Source of the DNA: Octopus sinensis
Lineage: Eukaryota
Reading direction: 5' to 3'
Assembly (NCBI RefSeq): GCF_006345805.1
Contig: NC_043006.1
Location: forward strand, 32,922,001 to 32,986,000
DNA: 64,000 nt
A program made the translations under genes and the position numbers. Under the pieces are notes generated by a model that was not told the DNA's origin, did not search any database, and saw only the letters and a program-made list of their open reading frames with translations. Shown here in pieces: positions 28,206 to 41,643 of this stretch (position 1 is the stretch's first letter; each line of letters begins with the position of its first letter).

Positions 28206-28899
28206 TCTTGATTTATTACTTACAAACATACTTTATTCTTGTTGTTGTTACTGTAGCTTAATCTCTGATCATCTCTATAAAACCTATCCTTAAAACATTT
28301 CCAGTCTTGGCGATTCTATCTTTTTTAGGAGATTGTAATATGTTGTTGGTTCATTTAATTTCCATGGCAGGCGTGATCCTCTTGAGACTAGCATTTGGTG
28401 GAGGGGTGTAGTGATGCCTAATCCCTACCAGGCATATAGCGGTGTCATCTTCACTAATCTTACTGACCAAACATCTTTCCACATTTAATTGACTCAATGG
28501 ACATCTCTTAATAGACTGTAATTGGACATTAAGCGATAAATGGATAGCTTAATTGATAAAGAATGTTCAGGAGATAATTCTCAATAAGCTGGTTATTGCT
28601 TCAAGCAAATCGTTAATTGACTTGAAGTGGCTTTGATAATGATGGTGTTTTATAATGGTGCTGACATAATTCAATACATTTTGAACAGTTTTAATACAGG
28701 TAACAGAACATAGACGAAACTAAGTGCCATAAGTCCTCAAACCTGGTATTTACCACCTAAATCTATCGATCACCTACAGCAAAAATAGAGACACTTATTT
28801 TATATTTATTACGGCAAACGGCCATTAAGCGTTCGGTTTCACATATATTCTAAAGATTACGCTAACTCATTTACGCATAGCCATTCAATCTTTGATTCG

Positions 28900-29090
28900 G
28901 TAGCGAGTCGGACAAAATGCTTAGCAACATTTCTCCGGTTTTTTAATTTCTAAGCTCAAACCTCACCGAAGCCGACATAGTCTTTCATCCCTTCGGATCC
29001 ATAAAACAGAATACCGATCAAGAACAGGGGTCGATGTAACAGACTTGTCCTTCCCTTCAAAATTTGTGGCCTTCAGCTAAAATTAGGAAA
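28900..29090 (+). mobile_element. SINE family A, degraded
   Basis: CAAAATGCTTAGC...CTTTCATCC...GGGGTCGATGTAA. Confidence 0.65.
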
Positions 29091-29136
29091 AAAAAATTAT
29101 TATTATTATTTTTTTATTATTATTATTATTATTATT

Positions 29137-29290
29137 TTGCTTTATCTCAAGTTCGGTGTTATTCCTGGTAGCGATTATGTGGGTAGCTGGTTACTTACTC
29201 ACTGTACCCTTAGGTATCCTCAAGTTTTCAGCAATCTTTTTAGTGCTTAGGACATCTGATAATCGTTGATGTTCCTAAGAGACAAATTTC

Positions 29291-29292
<2 letters not shown>
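29137..29292 (-). mobile_element. 3' tip of an R4/Dong-like non-LTR retrotransposon in a (TAA)n tract
   Basis: Minus strand EICLLGTSTIIRC resembles the LLGTxxIxRxxL C-terminus of RLE-type LINEs; short 3' UTR ends in AAAATAATAAT. Confidence 0.5.
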
Positions 29293-29361
<69 letters not shown>

Positions 29362-29370
29362 TAATAATAA

Positions 29371-29412
<42 letters not shown>

Positions 29413-29492
29413 TATTATTATTATTATTATTATTATAATTATTATTATATTATTATCATCATTATTATTATTATATTATTATTATTATTATT

Positions 29493-29986
29493 GAGTGAGA
29501 GAGCAGTTCATGCCATCAAAGTGACACTGGGGTAAAATATACGAAGCCCAATATCCCATCATGACTACCCGTCTGATAAAGGTACACCAGGCACATGCAT
29601 CACAACCATATGTGCGCGACATGGTGATCTCATATCAAGATAAACAGCACATGACCTTGCAGGTGGAGCCCAGTTAGAATTTTCTTCAGGTTGAGTAGCC
29701 CATCCTGCTCAAAAGGTCCCTGAATAAGGGTTGCTTTAGGATGTTGAACGAAACACCTATGTTTCCAGAGGTGAATTATTCAAACCCCAAAGAATCCCTC
29801 TCAACACATGGCCATGATGCTCCCCCACTACTTCTGCTCGTGATCAGAGATGCACATATCGTCAGCCACTAAGGGACATGCTCAACTGGTTAAGGCCAAA
29901 CAACTGACAAGCAAATCTGTGGTATTGAGCAGAATATTTGCTGTAGCCCATCTTTTATACCAAGACAAAACAATGTACATGATAAC
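29493..29986 (-). mobile_element. (TAA)n-associated non-coding retroposon (unit about 555 bp), truncated copy
   Basis: Begins GAGTGAGAGAGCAGTTCATGCCATCAAAGTG on +; near-identical to the copies at 50.6-51.8 kb; (ATT)n on both sides. Confidence 0.9.
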
Positions 29987-30023
29987 TATTATTATTATGA
30001 TTATTATTATTATTATTATTATG

Positions 30024-30064
<41 letters not shown>

Positions 30065-30083
30065 CATCATCATCATTATCATT

Positions 30084-30115
<32 letters not shown>

Positions 30116-30135
30116 TATTATTATTATTGCTATTA

Positions 30136-30342
30136 AGGCGGCGAACTAGCAGAATCGTTAGCACGCCGGGCGAAATGCTATGTGGTATTTCGTCCGTCGC
30201 TACGTTCTGATTTCAAATTCCGCCGAGGTGGACTCTGCCTTTCATTCCTCCGGGATCAATAAATTAAGTACCAGGGAAACACTGGGGCCGCTGTAATCGA
30301 CTCATCCCCAAAATTGCAAACTTTGTACCTATTGTAGAAAGG
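30136..30342 (+). mobile_element. SINE family A
   Basis: AAGGCGGCGAACTAGCAGAATCGTTAGCACGCCGGGCGAAATGC... Confidence 0.85.
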
Positions 30343-30422
30343 CTGGAGCGTCGAAAACTATTTGAAGTCAAATTAATGTGTGTATATACATATTTTATAT
30401 TTCGTTTTTCTTCTTTTTACAG

Positions 30423-30530
30423 GTCTTTACTGCAACGGAACATTCGATTCGATCTTATGTTGGCCAGCTACAAAAGCAGGAGAAGTCGTTCGACAAAAAT
30501 GCCCACGTTTAAGAGGACTTGACCCTAATC
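30423..30530 (+). CDS. Pdfr: Internal exon of a class B (secretin-like) GPCR, hormone-binding ectodomain; PDF-receptor-like
   Basis: Polypyrimidine tract + CAG acceptor (ttctttttacag, AG at 30421-22) and GT donor at 30531 (gtaatg); 108 nt, phase 1 at both ends. Encodes (G)LYCNGTFDSILCWPATKAGEVVRQKCPRLRGLDPN, the C-x3-[FW]D-x3-CWP...CP motif of the class B hormone receptor domain. Confidence 0.88.
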
Positions 30531-31072
30531 GTAATGTTAATTTTTTTTTTTCAGTATATATTCTTTTGTATTCTATACTGCGATCTTAATGTTGTAGTTG
30601 ATGTAATTTTTTGCTATTATAGATGTTGGTCACGTGATGTTGTTGACGAGGATTTATGTTGCGAATATGGTGGTGGTGGTGGTGGTGGTGGTGGTGGTGA
30701 CGGTGGTTGTATTGTCTCCTTTAAGACTTTAGGCGATAGATTTAATACATTGCTCGCTGTAATAAGTAGACTCGATCCTTGCGTGGCTTTACTAAGGTTA
30801 AATAACCGGAACAAGTCTTCCTTGCTTCTTCCGGCAAAAGATATTATGAACGCTGCTCCTCCTTACCCGACGAACGAGTGAGAAATAAACAACCCATATG
30901 AAGTGCGTGTTGATGTTGTTTGTGCCGTTATTGTTGCTTAGCACCAGGTCAGTCCTGATGTAGCACACCCATGATCAAAGGTATTCGAACTTCGACAGTT
31001 TCTTAATCTTCTCTCTCTATCTCCTTGTTTGTGTGTGTGTACGTGTGTGTATGTGTGCGTCTGTGTGTATGT

Positions 31073-31123
<51 letters not shown>

Positions 31124-32586
31124 GGGCCATGAATTATATAATATAATATATCTTTTTCGAGGATATATTTGATAGAAATTTGACTGCTATTTCTAGCACG
31201 GCTAATGCACTCATAAAGACTCCTTTATTGGTCCCTGTTTTTTTGTTGCTTCATAGCAGAGATCATCATTTATTTTTCCGTCATGTAATCATAACACTTT
31301 GACATGACAACGTAATCCCGATTTTAAAGATAACTGATAGATTATGCGACACTATACAATGTTGGCATAAGAAGTATAGTCGAGTGCAAATACTAACATA
31401 AAATAAAGTTTAAAAAGCAATCATTATCGGAACGACATTTATCTGTATTTCGACCTTTCAAAAGGTGTCTTCCTTATTTGTTTACCAATCACCAAACGTT
31501 TTTAACAAATATGTAGACTCGTTACAATTTTCTATTTAAATGTAGATTACAAAATAAGCGACTATCACATCACAAGGATGTGTCAAGCGTATATCTGTAT
31601 AAAAGCAATGGAGAATTTCTAGTTAATGGCGTCTTGAAGATTATTTCAAAGTTACTGCTAAGCAAGTTGAGCGACTTCGTAGATAAACCGATAAAATATT
31701 TCTTTTTAAATATTTGTACATACTTGTACGAGTTGTGTATGTGTATGTGTGCGTGTAGATGTGTATGCGTCTATGTGTGTGGCAAAGAGGTATTGCACGT
31801 GTGCATTTGCTCGGAATAGACAGCCTCTCTCCCGTTCTTTTCCTTCTTCTATGTTTAAATAGATGGATCCCTCAACCTGAGAAAACATGCGAAAGTATAT
31901 TTTAGTTAAAAAAAGTGAAACCTTGTTATTCTCACTTCTAACAATTCAATGAGATAAATAAAATGAGAATCTACAGAAATAAATATTGTAGACTACCATT
32001 TTCTTTTTTATCAAATTCTATCTTCTAAACGTATTTGTTATCGTTATAGCAGATCTGCTGGAAAGTTACATTCAAATGTCTTTCATCATGAACGGTCTAG
32101 TTAAAGCAACGCTGTTTCCTTTCTCTTCAGATCAGCCTTTAAAAATATGATAGCAGAGCACACACATAAACTAACTGCTTAGAATGAGAGATGCGGCTAT
32201 TTCACTGCATATGAACACCATTTCCTCCTTATCTTTTAAACCAGTAATCTTTTGGCAGAAACTTTCATCGCACTAGAGAAGTTAAGGCATCTACTTGTCC
32301 ATAATTCTAACAATTTTGGAACTTTATCTCTCACGCACTCTTTCGTGTGATATGTATTGAAGAACATACACTAGTTTACATACAACATACGGTCTTCATC
32401 GACAATATGATTTACAAGAAAGCATATCCATAAAGGGTGTTACCTCAGGACGAATACTGCAGCAGATTGTCTAGCAACGGTGTATCTACATTAAATATTG
32501 CATAGAGATGGTTATTTTAATCTGAAACTGCCTCAATAGAATATATCGAACATGTGTGTGTGTGTGTGTTGTGTCTGTGTCTGTGT

Positions 32587-32622
<36 letters not shown>

Positions 32623-33254
32623 TATGTGAACGCGTGTATGTAACAAGAGACGAAAATACTGGCAAATACGCGTATTTGGTTGCGTATCAGTGTGTACTTT
32701 GTGCTATTGGACATGTCTGGCGAAATATCAAATAGATAAGCGTATGGTGTGAATTGATTTTCTTAACTTCTGAAATATTTTGCTTTAACATAACTTATAT
32801 GATACAACATCATATATTAGTATATGGCAGTATACTAAGAGTAACAATAAACGCTTCCATTACATTAAATAATTATAAACTGTGAACTATTTTACAAAGT
32901 AATTAGCATTTGTGCTGTCTTTAAAAAAATCATGAACTATTAAAGTTTTACAATAATAACAGAAAATCTGCTTTGGCAGATTTTCCTTTTATGTTCACAG
33001 CTGTCGGTGGTTTGCATAACGGATCTCAAAATTAGTTAATCAATCAATATTTATTTATCTCTGAAAGAATGCGAGGCATATGAAAACGTGCGCCCGCATG
33101 ACCCTAGAGAAATAGCAACCAAATCTCTTAATAACTACACCCAGTGGGGTTTAATAACGATGGATACGATGGACATCACTAACATATAAAAATGTGTGGA
33201 TCAAAGCTCGCTCGCTTTCGATCATATGCATGTTCAATAAAGCCTGACCTGATG

Positions 33255-33298
<44 letters not shown>

Positions 33299-33469
33299 AC
33301 AGCAGCAATCAGATAATTTGCAGTATTATATATTCTCTGATATATGAACAGCAGACATAGCGAGGTGGCCATTTAACCAACCAACAGGTCGTTAAAACAA
33401 TAATGCCTCTGATAAATCAAGAGATTCTGCCCCTTCTCGGCCACAAAAGGGGTTTTGTGTCTAGTGTGA

Positions 33470-33908
33470 GAGTGACTGTGTGGTAGGAAGCACATTGGAC
33501 AAGGTTCTTCCACTATAGCCTGGGCCGAATAAAGACTTGTACATGGGTGTGGTAGACGGAAGCTCAAAGACCGTCGTGTGTGTGGGTGTGTCTATCTGTG
33601 TGTATGTATATGTGTGTGTGCGTGTGTGTGCGTGTACGTGTGTATGTGTGTGCGTGCATGCGTGTGTGTCTTTGTACTTGCCCCCCCACCACCGCTCGAC
33701 AACCAGTGTTGGTGTTTGTACATCCCCGTGACTTATCGTTTAAAAAAAGACCGATACTTATCGATTAAAAATGATTGATAAAAAGACCGATACAAAAAGT
33801 ATAAACCTTAAAAGAAGTAAGTATTGGGGTCGATTCAATCCACTAACAATTCTTCAAGGCGGTGCCCCAGCATGGCCGTTGTCTAATGATTGAAATAAGT
33901 AAGAGAGA
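33470..33908 (+). mobile_element. SINE family B, degraded
   Basis: CTGTGTGGTAGGAAGC...CTATAGCC.GGGCCGA...GGCGGTGCCCCAGCATGGCCG. Confidence 0.75.
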
Positions 33909-34418
33909 AAAGACTTATAGAAAATATCTTTATAAAAAAAAAACCTTGTTAAAAACACCAGATTATCTGATAACATGTCTTAAGTTAATTACTCTAGTTC
34001 TTGTCTTCACGAATTTCTATTTGGGTTTCGATTTACCGCAGTTTCTGCTTCTCATATCGATAATCAACATTGTATTCAATAATTATTAATCCATATTTAT
34101 CTGTCAAATGCAATCAGCTATAAAAATCATAAGCTAATTGTAGTTTTTGTTGATTTGCCCCAGCTTAGTCCTCACTAAATCGGCATATTATTGAAGATTT
34201 TTATTTCTAACCATATACTAGACATAGTATGTCGAGGAGTACTTTGTCTTATGTATCATTATGAGAATGTGTGTAAACCGAGGGAGAATTATTTGCGATT
34301 GTTAATAGATCGAGCGACTGCGCTATTTATTTTCATCCGATTATCTATCTACATAGCACTCTTCATCCTGGGATGGTTCATTTTTACCACTCTGGAAATG
34401 AATATACAAACTTTATAA

Positions 34419-34489
<71 letters not shown>

Positions 34490-34599
34490 TGTGTGTGTCT
34501 ATATTTGTATGTATGCATGTGTTGATGTAAGCGTATGTATTGGAGGGGAACTACTTTGGCAGGATACAAAAACTGCTTGTAATATTTATCTCACGCAAA

Positions 34600-34752
34600 T
34601 TGGCAAGCTAGAAGTATTGTTAACATGTCGGGCAAAATGTTTATAGACCCATTTTGGGGTCGATAACATAAGTACTACTTGAGCACTGATTTCGATGGTA
34701 TCTACTTATTGCTCTCCCAAAATTGCCGGCCTTGAGCCAAAATTTGAAATCA
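34600..34752 (+). mobile_element. SINE family A, deleted
   Basis: GGCAAGCTAG...CGGGCAAAATG...GGGGTCGATAA...CCAAAATTTGAAA. Confidence 0.65.
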
Positions 34753-35277
34753 ATCTTTATTCCGCCTGAGTTGTATGAAAAATCTAGTCATTCTGCCATC
34801 GTAAATTCAGTGATTGACACGTTGGAAAACAATCAGGAATGAGGTTATTATTTACAAAATATATGATTAGAAAAATATAACACACTGCTGCATGTCGTAG
34901 TTAATTTTTCATGGTAATAGCTATCAACATAATTTTCTTAAAGTATAACATAAAGATTTTTTGGAAAAAAGAAAAATATCAACAACATATCAATAAAGAG
35001 TAAAATTTATGCAACGGTTGTATGTGAAAAATACTTTAGTTCCTTATTTTAGTTTTATAAAGTTGATATTTTATTCAAACATTTTCTGATGAAATTAATG
35101 CACATATAGATTTGTTTTCTTTTCAAACGCAATATATTTTCATTCAACTTTTAAATATACGACATCTCAAGTAAACTGTAAAACATAATTAATTGTCTTT
35201 TCTCTGTTGTATTTCAATGGAATTACAAAAGCATTATTATAGCTGACAGCAAGAAATGAGAAAATTATAGGTTATTA

Positions 35278-35328
<51 letters not shown>

Positions 35329-36064
35329 TAATAATAATAGGAAATACCACAACAATGCATTAAAACGCATTCCTGTTTTTTTATAAAATAACTTAGCAAG
35401 CACATAAAGGGAGAATGAGAGATATACATAGAAACAGACTGACATATGTGTCTGTTGTCTGTATGTGTAGCAGCATTGCAGGTAGGATATTTGGACCATG
35501 ATCATTGGGTCACGGGTTCGAGTCTTGGGCTCATCCTTTGCAATGAGGACGCGTATGCACTCTCAGTTGCTAAACGCAAACCAAGTCCTGTAGGGTGGGA
35601 GTCAATTTTTAAACGTCTATGTGCAATTAATACATATACATTCACACACACACAAACATCAATATATATTTGTATATATACATTTATACATACATACATA
35701 CATACATACATACATACATACATACATACATACATACATACTGCCTGACTGTCTGTCTATCCGTCTATCTATTTATCTATCTATGTATCTACCAACCTAT
35801 ATTTCTATATATCCATCTCCATTGTCATGGAACCTCACCCGAAAATACCAAAAATAATGTTCTCCTCTAAACAAAATCCCCAAAAAGCATTTGTTTTATA
35901 CAAAAGAACAAGCCATTGTACATTCACAAAATTATATTTGACACGTTCAGAGAAAGGAATGAAAGCGCTAATAATAATGAAGAAATAAAAAGATTTTTTC
36001 CAAAATTCTGACGACATTTTTTTTCTCAATATTCAATTTCTGTACACATCATACCTAGCACTCT

Positions 36065-36131
<67 letters not shown>

Positions 36132-36136
<5 letters not shown>

Positions 36137-36697
36137 GTAAGTAGCTTGCTAACCAACCACATGGTTCCGGGTTCAGTCCCACTGCGTGGCACCTTGGGCA
36201 AGTGTCTTCTGCTATAGCCCCGGGCCGACCAATGCCTTGTGAGTGGATTTGGTAGGTGGAAACTGAAAGAAGCCCGTCGTATATATGTATATATATATGT
36301 GGTAAGTAGCTTGCTAACCAACCACATGGTTCCGGGTTCAGTCCCACTGCGTGGCACCTTGGGCAAGTGTCTTCTGCTATAGCCCCGGGCCGACCAATGC
36401 CTTGTGAGTGGATTTGGTAGGTGGAAACTGAAAGAAGCCCGTCGTATATATGTATATATATATGTGTGTGTGCGTGTATGTTTGTGTGTCTGTGTTTGTC
36501 CCCCTAGCATTGCTTGACAACCGATGCTGGTGTGTTTACGTCCCCGTTACTTAGCGGTTCGGCAAAAGAGACCGATAGAATAAGTACTGGGCTTACAAAA
36601 GAATAAGTCCCGGGGTCGAGTTGCTCGATTAAAGGCGGTGCTCCAGCATGGCCGCAGTCAAATGACTGAAACAAGTAAAAGAGTAAAGAGAAAAGAG
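36132..36697 (+). mobile_element. SINE family B with a tandemly duplicated 165-bp head
   Basis: TGTGGTAAGTAGCTTGCTAACC...GAAGCCCGTCG twice, then a body ending CAGTCAAATGACTGAAACAAGTAAAAGAG. Confidence 0.9.
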
Positions 36698-36959
36698 TAT
36701 ATATATATATATATGTATGTATGTATAATACATGTGTATGTCTGTGTGTTTGGTTGTTTATATATGTATGTATGCATGTATGTATGTAGGTATACATATT
36801 ATATCTTAGTGTATAAATAATTTAAGGAAGCAGGAGGGAAGAAGTTATTTACACGACGCACTGCTGTTACTGTTATACGAGGTTAAACATTCTCCGCCAA
36901 CGGCTGACAGTGAACTACTTACCAGTCAATTGCTTACGGTAACTTATTTTATAGAAATG

Positions 36960-37725
36960 TGTTAGTCCACTTTTATTCACACGAGGTAGTCGGAATCCTT
37001 CACAACATCTCGTTTTAGAATTAGTCTCCCCAAACTTCTCGCCTTTTGAGAATTAAACTCCGCTCAGAGTTTCAATGTCTCTGACGCTTTGGGTTCAATT
37101 CCAATACTTTCGTTCTTTTCCGTTTTCTGGTGCTCGAACATGTAGTGTCACATTGTTTGGGGTATTGGCACATCAAAAGTGTCGTACAATACTTCCATGG
37201 GGATTTCATTTCTCGTGGCCGTTTTTGCAGAAATTTTTTTTTCTTTTTACTTAAATTGATTAATATGTTTTCTTAAGCTCAATTTTTTTTTTTCCTTTTA
37301 CCAGGAAGAATATTTTTCCAATTTGTTTAATAATTACACCGTCCTCCCAGCTTCTTTTACCATATCTATATGTTTAAAAAAAAAATATTTTTGTTGTTCT
37401 CTTTTTTTCTATATGACTCGGTATCAACTTATCTAGGATGCTCTTTCTAGCAAACATCAAACGTGGTATTCGGATCAGATGTTACTCGGTACACTCTAAG
37501 AAGTTGTTGAAGTGCAAGGTCGTCCACTACTTCATTGTTCGACTTTTTTAATGCCCGATTGAAAGTGTCGACAAAACGCTTCGTTTGTCCATTAAGATAG
37601 TACGGCGAAGTGCTCACGTGTTCGATAACGAACATTTTACAAAATTTTCTTAACTCATCTAAGGTAACTTCATTTCCGTTATCTGACACCATGTTATCAG
37701 GAACATGATATCTGGCGCGCAATTC
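36960..37725 (-). mobile_element. Gypsy-type LTR retrotransposon integrase fragment
   Basis: PDNMVSDNG...FCKMFVIEHVSTSPYY.NGQTKRFVDTFNRALKK...YRVT, an rve integrase core; cut off by a SINE A fragment at about 37742-37815. Confidence 0.75.
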
Positions 37726-38332
37726 GTATGCAGAAAATTACTGTTGAGCACTGGGGTCGATGTAATCGACTTACCCCCTCCCTCGAACTTGCAGGCCTTG
37801 TGCTAAAATTTGAAAGAAGAATGTGCAGTAGTCTGTGGAGCTAAATAGTTGCAAGATTCCCTTGCAAGAAGGTTTATAGAGTAATCTCCCTTTACTAAGT
37901 TTCTCGAAGCATCTGTGCTATGAGACGTGATGCTTAATCATTCAAGAAGCATAGCGTTTCTCTTGGAAGTCTCTAAAATATCTAGCGTTCTTTTAATAAA
38001 AACAGCTTGCTAACCCTGCTCTTAGCTTTTTAGTTGATTAGACTTAGAGCCATTCACGTTATTGCTATGTCCGTCTATTTCTCTACACCACATGACTGAA
38101 AGCCATAACTTAGCTGTTATTTCTATATGAATTTTCTTGCATAGATTACTTCATTCAACTAGATTCTACATTCTGATTATGTATCATCATCGACCAGTAA
38201 ATAAAATATATTTTTATGTAGTAAATATATAGTTCTTAAATATCAACACCTGGTACTGAATATATATTCCCACTACAGATGTTTTGTTGAATATAAAATG
38301 GTCAAGAGTAACTTGTGACTGATATGATTTGA

Positions 38333-38705
38333 AGGCGTAGGCACAGATCTGTGGTTAGGAAGCTCACGTTGCAAACACGTGGTTTCGGGTTCACTCCCTC
38401 TCATGTCAATCACCTTCGGGAAATATTTTCTAATACAACACCGGGACGACCAAAGCCTTGTGTGTGGATTTCGTTAACGGAAACTGTGTGGAAGTCCATT
38501 GTAATTGTGTGTAAGTGTGTATGTGTTTGAGAGTTTCAAAGATTTTTTTCTATCACTGCTTAACAACCACTGTTGGTCTGTTTACGACTCTGTAACATAG
38601 TGATTCGACAAAAGAGAATAAGTACAAGACTTAACAATGAAAAATGAATGGCATGGAGCTGTTCGACTAAACCTTTCAAGACAGTACCCCAGCATGGCCG
38701 AGTCC
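38333..38705 (+). mobile_element. SINE family B, degraded
   Basis: CTGTGGTTAGGAAGCTC...GACCAAAGCCTTGTG.GTGGATTT...CCCCAGCATGGCCG. Confidence 0.7.
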
Positions 38706-39821
38706 AGTAACAAACGATAAAAGACAAACTATAAATACGTTTCAACAAATCAAGAGAAAGCAAATTCTATTCCTACATTTCTTATTATTCTTCCCAATTT
38801 CAAACATGATCGTTTCACCCATTTGTGTCTGGTTCATTAACCTATATAATTCATCACAACTCTTTCAGCAAATTTCTCATGTAATTTACAGTGAGTTCAT
38901 TTTGAAAGGACGTTGTACATATTTCAACACAAAATGACACGTTTATCCTTTGTTATCCAACAACGATTTCAATGGATTCAGGTTTGTCATGACATCTGCC
39001 AACTCCACGCTACATCTTGCACATCCAGCAGCGTAAGAATCACAGACAAATTTCCTTTGCGTTAGTTTATATGAAGATACGAATCTCTTCCCATATAAAT
39101 TCTGTATTATGGATCTATTGTAAAAACATCATGCATGTTTGTTCATACTTTTCGTGTGTTTTCACGTGATTAGGTTGTATTTAACATAAGTATAAGTTCC
39201 ATATCAAATTCGATCTGCCAATTAACAGAGATTTGAGAATATGAAAGATTACAAATGGATGCGACATCATTTCCATAAACTCTACGTGATATGACAAATT
39301 GTTTGTATGCAATTATTTCTCGCCTCGGTGAAATATATGCTTGAGTGTTGAAACATAATTATAGATTTATATCTACAGCAACCACACGTTCATTTTGAAT
39401 TTACTAAAAACGTGCAAACGAACGTATTCTTTCACAGGTTCCTTCTATCCCTCGCCTCTATATGGAGAAGATGGAAAAAGGAAACTGCCACAGTGTCATG
39501 CTTCTTTCACATCCAACTCAATTTCTATTACTTCTTTAATATTGCAGGATTTCTTATCTGTTCAGAAATAATTTTTATCATTTAATTGGAGAAATGTTAA
39601 AAAAAGAAGAAAGCAATTAGTTTTAAATCTCTGAGCGAGAAGTAAGTAGAAACAAGTAGTAAAATCTATTTGCCAACGTAAATTGTTAGTCCTGATTGAG
39701 ACGATGTTACTACCTTTTTTTTTCTCCAGGAAAACGTATTTTCCAGCTGGCTATCGGCGCGCAGCTGTGTCCTTATGCCTCGAACAAGGGAGCTAATGTC
39801 CCCAATGTGATTTTAACAGTA

Positions 39822-39865
39822 CCTGAGGACCATGGTTCTGAGTTATTTCTTTTCATCGGCATATG
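39822..39865 (-). ncRNA. Degenerate hammerhead-like motif, paralogue of 40165-40210
   Basis: Minus strand CATATG-CCGATGA-AAAGAAATAACTCA-GAA-CCATGG-TC-CTCAGG; one A of GAAA lost and stem I mismatched. Confidence 0.45.
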
Positions 39866-40164
39866 ATAATCGTTGGTTAGAAATGACAGCGCTAGCCTTG
39901 TTCGAGGTATAAGGACGCAGTAGTGCGTTGGTAGCCAGCTGGTAAAGATGTTTTCATGGGGTTAAAAAAAGGTAGTAACATCGTCCTAATCAGGACTGCC
40001 AATTTACGTTGGCAAATATATTTTACTCTGAGTACTGTTATTACTTATTTCTCGCTCAGAGATTTAAAACTAATTGTTTCCTTTACCAGATCAGTGACTG
40101 TGTGTCACTTTAAAGTGTATACCTCGAACAAGGTCTAGCGTTGCCATCTCTAGCCAACGGTTAT

Positions 40165-40210
40165 CCTGTGCCGATGAAGATTAAATAACTCAGAAACCAT
40201 GGTCCGCAGG
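40165..40210 (+). ncRNA. Type I hammerhead-like motif (CCGAUGA core)
   Basis: CCTGTG-CCGATGA-AGATTAAATAACTCA-GAAA-CCATGG-TC-CGCAGG: 6-bp stem I, palindromic stem III, GUC; U4C change and weak stem II. Confidence 0.65.
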
Positions 40211-40501
40211 TCCGCAGGTACCGTTTAAGGCTGAGTGGAGACATTAGCTAGCTTGTTCGAGGTATAAGGACGCAGTTGTGCGTCGGTAGCCGACTAGAAA
40301 AGATATTTTCCTGGGGCTGAAAAAAGGTAGAAACAGTAACATCAACTTACTCAGGAATGCCGATTTACGTTGGCAAATACATTTTACAGTGTTCAAGAAG
40401 ATTGCGTTAAAATACGTTTAGAGCTGCAGAGATTATTAGATTATGTGGTTTTGCATAATACTTTCCGCGATATATATCTAATGCATACATACATACATAC
40501 A

Positions 40502-40563
<62 letters not shown>

Positions 40564-40580
40564 GATAGATATATATATAG

Positions 40581-40657
<77 letters not shown>

Positions 40658-41502
40658 GCATATGTCGACAACACCACTTAACATGTATACTGAAATAAAA
40701 AGTTCATTGCAACAACCTTAATAAATAAATATGATTTTGAAGCGTGCGAAAACAGACGATGCAAGAAGAAATAATGTGAAATGGCTGAAGGCGTACGGCC
40801 TTTTACAGCGATAATGAAAGTAGGAACAGCAACAAGCAGCAATTGACTGAAGTGGTGCTCTTACACGTACCTTTTACAGATGACCTTTCAAACGACTTCT
40901 ACAAGCACAAGTGGAATTTAAATAGGTATTAACGCCGAAACAGCTACAGTCTGAAGTGATTTCTTATTCCCTATCGTGTAGAATTTTCAATGTGTCATTC
41001 TAGCATTGCTGATATTGATGAGACTTAGAGCTAATCATTCTAAGTAGCTCCGCAATCAGGTAACTATGCAATATTTCTTAAGCCTTATGCATAAATTATT
41101 CTGTAGATTCTTGCAGTTTTTCATTATCATTCTTCTCAATGAGCCGATGGTCATTGTGTTGTTCTTTTACCTTTTGTGTTGTTCTTGTACCACGTGTAAC
41201 AATTAGCAATGTGTTCTGTTATAACAGTTAGAGGCAGGTGATTAACTTTTAATCTTTGTTCTTGTATTATGCTGTCTTAGCCTGATTAGTAAGAACGTTA
41301 ATGGGAAATGTAAGCAGATGTTGTTTTCGTATTATTTGATGGATATTAAATATTGTGGTTCTTTTAACGTTCACTGCAACTTCATTTTCCAGCATGGACA
41401 TAAAGATATCGTTCTCATTTTTAGTCACTTTAATTTAATCATTCAAATTGGCTTTATGCTTGTTGAAATGAAAATGTAGTTTCGAAAGCTTCCTTTGTTA
41501 TA

Positions 41503-41643
41503 TAAGGTTGTCCCAAAAGTTCGTAGAAAGTCTTGGAAAATAATGGTCATTATTTTGAGGAATAATTTTTGTTGTTTTTGTTAGTACTTGGCGAGTAAAA
41601 ATTCAATTTTCGCAAGTGTTTACGAACTTTTGGGACAACCTAA
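41503..41643. mobile_element. Mariner-type MITE (about 140 bp)
   Basis: TIR AGGTTGTCCCAAAAGTTCGTA / TACGAACTTTTGGGACAACCT with TA flanks. Confidence 0.85.

Larger units (their letters stand above)
39600..40390. mobile_element. Inverted + tandem array of a hammerhead-containing unit of about 355 bp (candidate non-LTR retrozyme)
   Basis: TTGTTCGAGGTATAAGGACGCAG starts at 39898 and at 40253 (period 355); 39609-39789 is the reverse complement of about 39896-40080; hammerhead motifs at 39822-39865 (-) and 40165-40210 (+). Confidence 0.8.
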
